From a bacterium (lineage in GTDB: Bacteria; UBP7; UBA6624): a stretch of 32,000 nt of DNA. The stretch is taken from NCBI GenBank assembly GCA_002716355.1, contig PBAU01000011.1, forward strand, positions 56,114 to 88,113, given 5' to 3'. The notes beneath the pieces are model-generated. The model had not been told where the DNA came from. It saw nothing but the letters and a program-made list of their open reading frames with translations, and made no database searches. Positions 24,532 through 32,000 of this stretch are shown piece by piece (within the stretch, counting starts at the first letter, position 1; each line of letters opens with the position of its first letter). Both the position numbers and the translations under genes were made by a program.

Positions 24532-25632
24532 ATGAAAAAAGGTTTTACATTGACTGAATTATTGGTCGTAATAGTAATTATTGGGATTCTGATTACATTA
24601 GTGGTCCCAAGTGTTACAAAAGCAAGAAATAAAGCTAAGGAAGCTCAGGTTAAAGCAGGTATTCATGATATTGAAGTTGCTTTAAGCTCTTTCTCTGCTG
24701 GAAATTCTGGATGGTATCCTGGTGTTGGATACGATCCAAGCGGTACACAATCATTGCAATCAAGCATGTTGGGCATTGCAGGAAGATCCGGAATATCAAT
24801 TCCTGATGGTGGGGAAATCATTTCAAGTGGTGTTGTAGGAGGGAGAATGGATTGCATGGTTGATCCTAGAAAATGCGGAAGTGAAACCCCTAGTGAAAAT
24901 AAATATTTAGATGATTATTGGAGATGGGACAGGCTTTATTTAGAAGGTGTTTTAGATGAGTATCCAACAAACCCCTTTAGCAGTGCTAAAGCTGGAAATT
25001 CAAGTGTAAAAAGAGGTATGCATAATATATTTGTAGTTTCAGTTTTGCCAGTTTCCGGTACAGGTGGGCCAGATTTCATCGGTACATGTTTATCTAAGCC
25101 AGCTGGAGAGGCTGAAGCGTTTGCTGGCGGTGGAAATTGGTACAGTTATGAAAATTACAACACTGTTAACGGAAGATTGTCTTATGGTTGGGATGATGCA
25201 AGTACTTCAACGCCTGCTGTTTGTAATGCTGTTACGGGTGATGATAATAACTCCTGGGAAGAGACACCCACTCTTTACCCTAGAGGTGATTTTGCATACA
25301 TACCTTTAGATTCTGTTGATAAGCGAATGTTCACAGATTCAAGTGGTAATTTGGCTAATGGTGAATATATGGCTTTTGTTGAAAATTATTGGATTATTGG
25401 ATATGGAGCAGAATCTGCTTGGAAATCAGATATTTTCAATGTTGATTCTCTTGCTTCAGGAAATAATTGTGGCTTGAAGTTCCAGCAACCTTTAGGTAGG
25501 ATTGACCCTGCTTCAACCGCATCTTTTTTAAACTGTACGCCAACTGAATATGAGAACAGAGTTCTCGAAGCCTTAAGAGGTGCAATTTTATTGCAGGGAA
25601 CTGCATATACAGAGCAGGCTTTTAGCGAGTAA
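24532..25632 (+). CDS. Prepilin-type protein with a GspG / major-pilin-like N-terminal region and a roughly 300-aa C-terminal extension
   Basis: MKKG|FTLTELLVVIVIIGILITLVVPSVTKARNKAKEAQVKAGIHDIEVALSSFSAGNSGWYPG follows the GspG pattern (..AR..A....A..DL..I..AL..Y..D.G.YP). GGAGG at 24519-24523 lies 8 nt upstream of ATG 24532 and supports that start over ATG 24517. Confidence 0.7.
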   Translation: MKKGFTLTELLVVIVIIGILITLVVPSVTKARNKAKEAQVKAGIHDIEVALSSFSAGNSGWYPGVGYDPSGTQSLQSSMLGIAGRSGISIPDGGEIISSGVVGGRMDCMVDPRKCGSETPSENKYLDDYWRWDRLYLEGVLDEYPTNPFSSAKAGNSSVKRGMHNIFVVSVLPVSGTGGPDFIGTCLSKPAGEAEAFAGGGNWYSYENYNTVNGRLSYGWDDASTSTPAVCNAVTGDDNNSWEETPTLYPRGDFAYIPLDSVDKRMFTDSSGNLANGEYMAFVENYWIIGYGAESAWKSDIFNVDSLASGNNCGLKFQQPLGRIDPASTASFLNCTPTEYENRVLEALRGAILLQGTAYTEQAFSE

Positions 25633-25635
25633 TTT

Positions 25636-27147
25636 ATGATTTTTTACAGTAAAAGATCAGGTTTCACGATGACTGAATTATTAGTATCCATAGCGATACT
25701 TGTTGTCGTGATGACACTTTTGCTGACAGTTATAGAGTCAACTTTTAAAACTTTAAGAGTGGTTACTGGTGAGTCAAATGCTTCTAATCGTGCCAGAATT
25801 GCAATGGATCAAATCGTTGCAGAATTGAGCAATGTTGATGATATGGGTTTTGTTGATTTTCATATTCCTAGAATCAAAAAATCAAGATCTCAATATGTTG
25901 CTGGTTTACAAAATGCTGCAAGTGCTGGATGTGACATTTATTTAGAATTACATCCTAGCGATACAGCTTTTAGAAATGTTCCGTACCCAGATTCAACTCT
26001 TTTTAACCAGGATCTAAATTACAACTGCTACATTGAACCTTGGGAAGTGATGGATCCAGATCCAACATGGACTTCAAGATTCTCTGAAGGGGGTGGAAGC
26101 TCTGATGCTCCTGCTTATTGCAATCAGTATTTAGCACCTGGTGTTTTGGCAATGGAGTCATCTTCAGGTCTTTCTTGCAATGGAGGATCTTGTCGAATCG
26201 GGTTGAATGACAGGAATCTTAATCCTGATGATCGTATGGCTGCAAATGATCCTTTTGAAAGTTGGAGGTCTGAAGTAGACCAATTGAAACCTTCATGGAG
26301 TGAGCTTTTTGGTCAAATGTGTCAAGAAGACATTGATGCAAGTGGATTTATTACAACTCATAATTTAACACCTTATATAACTTCTAGGGAGGATCTAGAT
26401 GGCAATGGCACAATTAATGGACAAGAAGAGTTTTTAAGGACGATTGTTTTTAAAACCAAAAGTCCAACATACTCTTCAAATGCAGCTTCAAACACTCCTA
26501 ATCTAGCTGGTGCATTAAATTCCAATAATAGTGTCGAACAGCTTTCACATAGAGTTGTAACTTTTGCTCACACATGGAAAGAAAAAGCCTTTTCCATACC
26601 ATTAACGGATAGTTTTGATGGGGGTTGTAACCCTTCTAACTATTCTCATCTTTCTTCTGATTTTGTCTTATACAAAAGAGAATCTAATTTTTATTCCGAT
26701 CCTATCTTGAATATGGATCTTGATAGAGATGGCAATCCTAGTGAAGAAATTGAGGATGAATGTTTGAGAACAGTGGAAACCCCTGTTACTGATGGGGTTG
26801 TAGATGTAAGGTTTAAATTAATTGATTCTAGAGGTGATGAAATCAATGCAGGTAACCAGTATTATTATTGGTTTGACAGGGATCCTAGTGACAACAATCC
26901 TATTAGCCCTCCTATCACAGCATTGGATGCGGTTAGAGCAATTGAAGTTTATATCTTGACTGCAAGTGATGATGTGATTTCAGTATTAAGAAGTTCTATG
27001 GATGATGGCAAACTTTTCAGCATTACAAGTGGCAACCCTGGTGAGTTAGCACGATTGAATTTCTTGAGGATACAGAGTTTGCAACCTGAAATTTACAATC
27101 CAAATAATTTTGTTCAACTGAGGAGAAAGGTCAACCTCTATGAATAA
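25636..27147 (+). CDS. Prepilin-type protein, PilW/GspJ-like minor pseudopilin, enlarged (503 aa), with EF-hand-like loops
   Basis: MIFYSKRSG|FTMTELLVSIAILVVVMTLLL with Glu +5, then SNASNRARIAMDQIVAELSNV, a GspJ/PilW-like helix. The loops DLDGNGTINGQE and DLDRDGNPSEEI lie in the large Asp/Asn-rich C-terminal part. Confidence 0.65.
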   Translation: MIFYSKRSGFTMTELLVSIAILVVVMTLLLTVIESTFKTLRVVTGESNASNRARIAMDQIVAELSNVDDMGFVDFHIPRIKKSRSQYVAGLQNAASAGCDIYLELHPSDTAFRNVPYPDSTLFNQDLNYNCYIEPWEVMDPDPTWTSRFSEGGGSSDAPAYCNQYLAPGVLAMESSSGLSCNGGSCRIGLNDRNLNPDDRMAANDPFESWRSEVDQLKPSWSELFGQMCQEDIDASGFITTHNLTPYITSREDLDGNGTINGQEEFLRTIVFKTKSPTYSSNAASNTPNLAGALNSNNSVEQLSHRVVTFAHTWKEKAFSIPLTDSFDGGCNPSNYSHLSSDFVLYKRESNFYSDPILNMDLDRDGNPSEEIEDECLRTVETPVTDGVVDVRFKLIDSRGDEINAGNQYYYWFDRDPSDNNPISPPITALDAVRAIEVYILTASDDVISVLRSSMDDGKLFSITSGNPGELARLNFLRIQSLQPEIYNPNNFVQLRRKVNLYE

Positions 27148-30100
27148 TTCAAGAAAATCTGGTGTAGCTTTAGTTACTGTTTTGATTTTTCTTGCATTGG
27201 TTTTACCTGCATTAGTTATTATTTTAAGTTTTGCAAGAAATGAAATAGAGTTTGGTTCTCTTGATTGGGAAAGAAAACAATCTGATCAAATGAGTAAATC
27301 AGGTTTGGACATAGCTGAAAATATGCTTAATACTGGTTTTGCATCATTGAACCAACCAATATTTAGATTCCCAATGGATAAGGATCAAAATGGTACTTTG
27401 GATGATATTGATGGCGATTTAACCTTAGACGAATGGGCTTATGCTTTTCCTTTTTCTACAATTAGCCACCTTTCATCACCATGGATCAAGTATCCCGTAT
27501 TATCAAATGAAACTTGGTTTTCTAGAGATTTAGTTAGTCTTTCTGGTTTTTCAACAGCTCAATTGAACAGACCTGCGGGAAGCTTGCCGGTTTACCCACT
27601 TTTCAAAGACAAGAATAACACTGGTTTTGTTGATTATTCTTCCTATGAGCATTCAGAATATGATTATTTCGATCCATCATTTGGTTGTGCTGAAAATACA
27701 ACATCTTCCTGGGAGCCTAAGCCATGTTTGATAATGTCTTTTATCCCATTTGGGAAAAAAACAGAAACATCACCAGTTCCTTCGGCAACTTTAGACATCA
27801 ACAATTCTGATTTTATGTGGAATGGAAATCCTTATAGTTCAAACAATTCTTACAATCCTGCCCAGTTAAGAAATCAAACTTTTGTATCTGATTGGAGTTA
27901 TAACCATGCTATTACTGGAGACAGAGATAAAACTACTGCTCATATTCCATCAAATTTTCCATCATTGGGTTCTGAGATATTTAACCCTTATGCAGATAGA
28001 CTGAAAGCACAACTTTCAAACTGTAACCCGAGTCAGGATGAATTTTTTGTAAGGGATTTATTTTTAAGTTCCTCAGGCATGACTTACCCTTTGCAGTTAG
28101 ATAAATCTTATGAAAACGAAACAGAATCAAGGGTTAATTTTGGATTACCTAATATGCCTGATTCCTATGTTATGTTTGATCCAAGAACATGTATGCCTTT
28201 GTATGCTTCACAAGCAAAGGATGTTGATGGTGGGTATGAGGTTGTTGTTTCAGATGAAGGGGCAAGGTTTCCCTTGTATGGTTTCTTGCACAATCCCGAT
28301 GATCCGTCTTTTAATAACCCAATGCTTCTTGAGTCTGTCAATGGCTTGGGAGGTAATTTTACCATTGTAGATGAAACCAGTTTTATACCAAGGATGACTG
28401 GTTCAAATGTAGATGAAAAAGGGGAATTTGCACATCTTGCTCAAAGGGGGATAGTTTCTTTATTAGCACCTTTTCATAGAAATGATTACAACACTGGTCA
28501 TGCTGCAGCAATGATTTCATACATAGGCTTTAATGATGTTGGAGATATATCATCATTACCTGATGCTGTATGCCCAAAAGGCAATTGTCCAGATGGGGAA
28601 AGGTTTGGTTTAGGTTTTGAGAAACCTTTAAATTGGCCTGAAGGGTTAAAGGATATACTTGATGTTGACGGTATAAAACTTAGGGATGGTTTGGATTCAA
28701 GTTTTAAAATCAATGATAAGAACTGGAAAGACATTCAAGCTAGGGTTTCCCTGCATTCAACTCCTCAGGAAAGATCGACCATTAACATACAGGGAAACGC
28801 TCTAAACGATCCAAGATTTATCTTTTATCCATTTATTGATTCCAGAGCGACTCCTGAGATGGAGGATCCTGTTTTAAGGTGCAGGGATTCAGATTCTGAT
28901 GATTTTTGTCGTTCAAATTCTGGTTTGTTTAAGGTTGATTTATGGCAAACGCCAACCAGTTGGCCAACCGGATCCTCTTCAGATCCAGTTTCAAATGTTT
29001 TATCTACATCTATCAATATGGATTCTGCGGATTGGGTTTCAAGCGGTTGTTCTTCAAGGTTTCAAAACATAGGCGATATAAATGATTATTTTTCATTACT
29101 GGGTAGAGGAAATGCACCTGCGGGATTTTCATCATCAGATTTAAGGCATTCTGTTTGGCCAGAAGAGTTTTATTGGTTTATTAATTGTTTTTGGAAAAGT
29201 GATATTAGGAATGAGTTAGTAGATAAAAAAGATGAAATAGAAGCAGTTTTAAGGGAATTCTTTCATCAAAATGGATCTTTGAAGAATATATGGAGAACAG
29301 ATCCATTTGATGATTTTCCCGACTTGATATCTGAGAAAATTGTTGGCCATTGGGCTGCATGGCAATATTTTTATCGATATTTTGATGATGAGGATGATTG
29401 TAGGGATATTTCTCCAGAATTCAATCTTGATGATTCATCTTCAATTACAACAAATGTTGGCAACCCGCAAGTTTTGCTTGCAGAAAGGCATGCAAGATAT
29501 CATGGTCCAGCCGATTTAGGAATGCCTATTGGAAATGTTAGGGATATGCTTGGGTCAACTTTGATACCCTATCCGGAAATGAACGGTCCTTTTTGGGATC
29601 CTGGAAATGTCGGTTCTAACTCGAATCCAGGTTGTGGTCTTACATCTCTCGACGGTGATGATTTTCCAGATATGACAACGAACATTCCAATACAACATTC
29701 AGGAGGAGTGGTTGCTAACGTTAATGTCAATATTGAGAAATTGAATGTCATGCCCGCTGTCTGGATTCCCAATAGTAGACCGTCTTTCTATAGTGAGGAC
29801 CCACCTTATGATGATTTTGATTTTGGAGCTAGTGAACCTGTTTCTGGTTGGCCAATTTACGATCCCTTGGGCTTTGACAGCAGGAATAAGGGTTTGGGTA
29901 ACTCAAATCAATCTTTTATAAACAGAAGAGATGATTCGCTTATCTTGCACCTGATTAGCTCTGTTGCGTTTTTTGATAGTCCTTATGCAACTTATTTTGA
30001 TGATCCGCACATAAACGAACCCTGCTTAGTTTCAGATGATTTTTTTGATCCGATAGTGGGTGCTTCAAATGGTACTACTGATCCTTGGGACAATGTATTA

Positions 30101-31006
30101 GGAGCAGGAGGATCTTTAACTACTATGGACCTCAATGCAACCTTTGGCGGTTGGTGGGAGGCTGATGGCAGGAATATAGGTTCTTTTGATGACAGTGATT
30201 GCAATATTGATGATCCAACCACAGATATTGGCTTTACACCTCTTGAATGGAGACCTTTAAAAACTAGAGGAAGAGTGAACATAAACACAGCTGCGTTTGA
30301 TGTTTTGCATGCAGCTTTTGCCAAGGTGTGTGATTTTAATAATGGTATAGGCATTGACATTTTCAATAATTCTTGTGGATCTTTGCCATCAGTAATTGCA
30401 TCAATCTTGAACTATCGCGAATATTACTATTCTGATCCAAATCAGCCCTTTGATGATATAAGTTCCCATGGGACTTTGTTTTCATGGTTGCCTAATGGAG
30501 TGGCTTTATACGGCGGAAGTTTTATTGAGCAGTTTTTCAATGATATAAATTTATACACAACTGGTGATTGCAGAAACGGAAGTTCTAACGGTACCAGCTG
30601 TGCTCTTCAGAATACAGATGACATATTATGGGATTGGCATACTGGAGAATGGAGTAATAATGGCTTGAATAAGATTCCTTTCAGAACAATAACCCAGTTG
30701 TTAGATCTTTCAGATGGTGTAGATCCAAGAAACTTAAACTTGAGCTCAAGAAGACTCTTGTCTGTCGATGATATAGCAAACAACAGCAATGGTGCTATTG
30801 CCGTTTTAGCAAGAATAGATCAGGATTTTTCAGTATTCAGCCAGGGTTACAGAATTGAAAGCATGGGTAGTTATGGTAGAGCAAATAGCACTCTATTCAA
30901 AATCTTGGGTTTAGATGGAAACTTAAACCTTACAGTTTTTGAAGAAGAAAAGTCTGGAGGAACGGATGATTCCTTCGGTTTATATTTTGGAAGTTATTAC
31001 AAATGA
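27140..31006 (+). CDS. Giant (1288 aa) GspK/PilX-like pseudopilin, candidate tip or adhesin subunit
   Basis: The N-terminus MNNSRKSGVALVTVLIFLALVLPALVIIL matches the GspK-type (R/K)G.AL..VL pattern with no Glu at +5. The C-terminal RGRVNINTAAFDVLHAAF matches the GspK (I/V)N(I/V)NTA helix-hairpin-helix motif. About 1000 residues of Asp/Asn/Ser/Pro/Trp-rich sequence with about two dozen Cys lie between them. It overlaps the upstream gene by 8 nt. Confidence 0.65.
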   Translation: MNNSRKSGVALVTVLIFLALVLPALVIILSFARNEIEFGSLDWERKQSDQMSKSGLDIAENMLNTGFASLNQPIFRFPMDKDQNGTLDDIDGDLTLDEWAYAFPFSTISHLSSPWIKYPVLSNETWFSRDLVSLSGFSTAQLNRPAGSLPVYPLFKDKNNTGFVDYSSYEHSEYDYFDPSFGCAENTTSSWEPKPCLIMSFIPFGKKTETSPVPSATLDINNSDFMWNGNPYSSNNSYNPAQLRNQTFVSDWSYNHAITGDRDKTTAHIPSNFPSLGSEIFNPYADRLKAQLSNCNPSQDEFFVRDLFLSSSGMTYPLQLDKSYENETESRVNFGLPNMPDSYVMFDPRTCMPLYASQAKDVDGGYEVVVSDEGARFPLYGFLHNPDDPSFNNPMLLESVNGLGGNFTIVDETSFIPRMTGSNVDEKGEFAHLAQRGIVSLLAPFHRNDYNTGHAAAMISYIGFNDVGDISSLPDAVCPKGNCPDGERFGLGFEKPLNWPEGLKDILDVDGIKLRDGLDSSFKINDKNWKDIQARVSLHSTPQERSTINIQGNALNDPRFIFYPFIDSRATPEMEDPVLRCRDSDSDDFCRSNSGLFKVDLWQTPTSWPTGSSSDPVSNVLSTSINMDSADWVSSGCSSRFQNIGDINDYFSLLGRGNAPAGFSSSDLRHSVWPEEFYWFINCFWKSDIRNELVDKKDEIEAVLREFFHQNGSLKNIWRTDPFDDFPDLISEKIVGHWAAWQYFYRYFDDEDDCRDISPEFNLDDSSSITTNVGNPQVLLAERHARYHGPADLGMPIGNVRDMLGSTLIPYPEMNGPFWDPGNVGSNSNPGCGLTSLDGDDFPDMTTNIPIQHSGGVVANVNVNIEKLNVMPAVWIPNSRPSFYSEDPPYDDFDFGASEPVSGWPIYDPLGFDSRNKGLGNSNQSFINRRDDSLILHLISSVAFFDSPYATYFDDPHINEPCLVSDDFFDPIVGASNGTTDPWDNVLGAGGSLTTMDLNATFGGWWEADGRNIGSFDDSDCNIDDPTTDIGFTPLEWRPLKTRGRVNINTAAFDVLHAAFAKVCDFNNGIGIDIFNNSCGSLPSVIASILNYREYYYSDPNQPFDDISSHGTLFSWLPNGVALYGGSFIEQFFNDINLYTTGDCRNGSSNGTSCALQNTDDILWDWHTGEWSNNGLNKIPFRTITQLLDLSDGVDPRNLNLSSRRLLSVDDIANNSNGAIAVLARIDQDFSVFSQGYRIESMGSYGRANSTLFKILGLDGNLNLTVFEEEKSGGTDDSFGLYFGSYYK

Positions 31007-31012
31007 AAAACA

Positions 31013-31041
31013 TTGACTTTTCTTCACTAAAAAGGTACGAT
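31013..31041 (+). promoter_or_regulatory. Candidate sigma70-type promoter for the secretin-like gene
   Basis: TTGACT (31013-31018), a 17-nt spacer and TACGAT (31036-31041) lie in the 114-bp gap after the GspK-like gene. A purine-rich AAGGGGG (31105-31111) lies 9 nt upstream of ATG 31121 and is a likely Shine-Dalgarno sequence. Confidence 0.3.
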
Positions 31042-31120
31042 TGTGGGGTTGTAATTTATTTAATATGAAAGCAATTTTTAACAAAAAAATATTCTTCGCC
31101 AATTAAGGGGGCAATTTATT

Positions 31121-32000
31121 ATGAAAATAAAACTATTTTTATTAACTTTAATTTTTTCAATTTTCACTTCAGGGCTTAACGCTTCTTATCTGGAAGATAA
31201 GACTGCTGTCCGTTGGACAATATCTGAAGATGAAACTTTTATCACTCTTTTTGTGGACACTCCAGTTGCTGTCACACATAAAAATGAAGTGTATCCAACA
31301 AGGCTTGTTTTTAACATTCCTGGTGGTTACATGGACGAAGGAGAAGATGAAAAAACAATACAGTGGAACGGAGCTGAAAAGAGTTTTGTAAAAGAAATCA
31401 AAGCCGTTTCTATAGATCCAAAGTTTGAGGACTCCTTTTTAAGGTTGGTTTTTACTTTTGGGATAAGGGTTCCAATAAGCACAGAGCTTGGTGAAGATTA
31501 TCAATATTACAGAATTTCTCCTACAAGATACGCTTTTGTTCTAAATAAAAATAGATTGAACTGCAAGCATGAAAATTATTTAGCTGCACAACAGGATAGG
31601 GAAAATGAAATTGTTGAATGTGAATTAGTTGTTTTTCCTGAGTCGGCACCTGAAGCTAGAGAAAATGTAAGGATATGGACTGATGTTTCAGGATCTCCAC
31701 AGGATGTTGTCAATGAATTGGCAGACAAAGCAGGATTGAAGGTTGATTTTGATGCAGCTTTTTCTGATGCTGAAAATTGGACACTTACAGCAGAAGGTGG
31801 AACATTAGGTGAACTACTTTCCTCTTTAGAACAGGAAGAAGGTATAGTTTGGAATATTTCTGAAGGTGTTTTGACAATTTCTGATAATTCTGAATTATTA
31901 ATGGCTCAAGCAGAGGCTGCAAGGATCGCTGCTGAGGAAGAGGCTGCTCGAATAGCTGCTGAGGAAGAGGCTGCAAGGATCGCTGCTGAGGAAGAGGCTG
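31121..32000 (+). CDS. Secreted protein with AMIN-like and STN/N0-like domains; probable N-terminus of a PilQ/GspD-type secretin (partial, runs off the right edge)
   Basis: Absent from the ORF track because it has no in-window stop. My translation: MKIKLFLLTLIFSIFTSGLNASYLEDKTAVRWTISEDETFITLFVDTPVAVTHKNEVYPTRLVFNIPGG... (signal peptide, then an AMIN-like beta domain) ... VRIWTDVSGSPQDVVNELADKAGLKVDFDAAFSDAENWTLTAEGGTLGELLSSLEQEEGIVWNISEGVLTIS (STN / secretin N0-like) ... AARIAAEEEAARIAAEEEAARIAAEEEA. The position after the pseudopilin operon fits a secretin. The secretin domain itself would lie outside the window. Confidence 0.5.
   Translation, partial: MKIKLFLLTLIFSIFTSGLNASYLEDKTAVRWTISEDETFITLFVDTPVAVTHKNEVYPTRLVFNIPGGYMDEGEDEKTIQWNGAEKSFVKEIKAVSIDPKFEDSFLRLVFTFGIRVPISTELGEDYQYYRISPTRYAFVLNKNRLNCKHENYLAAQQDRENEIVECELVVFPESAPEARENVRIWTDVSGSPQDVVNELADKAGLKVDFDAAFSDAENWTLTAEGGTLGELLSSLEQEEGIVWNISEGVLTISDNSELLMAQAEAARIAAEEEAARIAAEEEAARIAAEEEA
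31916..32000 (+). repeat. In-frame 27-bp tandem repeat (at least 3 units, truncated by the window edge) encoding AARIAAEEE
   Basis: Units at 31916-31942, 31943-31969 and 31970-31996. Units 1 and 3 are nucleotide-identical (gctgcaaggatcgctgctgaggaagag). Unit 2 differs only at synonymous positions (gct cga ata for gca agg atc). Confidence 0.9.

Noticed and set aside
31065-31106. 13-codon mini-ORF (MKAIFNKKIFFAN) in the gap upstream of the secretin-like gene, as a possible leader peptide
   Set aside because: It has no Shine-Dalgarno sequence, no associated attenuator structure and an AT-rich context, so it is likely a chance ORF.
31785-31976. 63-aa - strand ORF with a PLPQQ-type repeat
   Set aside because: It is the antisense reading of the AARIAAEEE coding repeat and upstream secretin-like sequence, and the repeat periodicity is inherited from the + strand gene.
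31916-32000. Possible CRISPR array because of direct 27-bp repeats
   Set aside because: The repeats are contiguous with no spacers, are in frame within an ORF open from 31121, and differ only synonymously. This is a coding tandem repeat, not a CRISPR array.
1-32000. Mobile elements, prophage, defence systems (restriction-modification, toxin-antitoxin, CRISPR-Cas), tRNA or rRNA genes
   Set aside because: I recognised no integrase, transposase, recombinase, nuclease or methylase motifs, no inverted terminal repeats and no tRNA-like cloverleaf regions. The non-coding space is too small to hide RNA genes of ordinary size.

Overview
AT-rich (roughly one-third G+C by eye), very gene-dense bacterial window. 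I infer 29 protein genes, 28 on the + strand, most joined by 1-11 nt start/stop overlaps (ATGA, TTGA, TAATG). I recognised no rRNA, tRNA, CRISPR array, transposase or integrase. Layout: (i) 1-5.4 kb holds envelope and housekeeping genes: a divergent MsbA-like ABC exporter (partial, - strand), lpxB, rsmG, and a 1023-aa helical-repeat protein ending in a J-like domain whose HPD motif reads TPE. (ii) About 5.9-15.2 kb is the most interesting part. It is an uncharacterised, translationally coupled operon encoding a GlmL/MutL-type actin-fold ATPase, a barrel-sandwich plus KOW-like protein, and a four-gene membrane module (A-B-C-D) present as two diverged tandem copies. I cannot place the A-D proteins in any described family. 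(iii) 15.2-21.1 kb holds phoH, a 7TM-HD (PgpH-like) gene, ybeY, two CNNM (DUF21-CBS) genes and an Ntn-type isoaspartyl peptidase/asparaginase. (iv) 21.1-32 kb is a type IV pilus / T2SS-like locus: a prepilin peptidase, five consecutive prepilin-type genes in GspH-, GspI/PilV-, GspG-, GspJ/PilW- and GspK/PilX-like order, and an AMIN/STN secretin-like N-terminus that runs off the right edge. All five prepilin-type proteins are greatly enlarged (343, about 480, about 366, 503 and 1288 aa). The secretin-like gene ends in an in-frame 27-bp tandem repeat. lpxB, the MsbA-like gene and the secretin-like gene imply a diderm envelope. The lineage cannot be assigned from the sequence alone. All family assignments come from motif recognition by eye and no searches were run.
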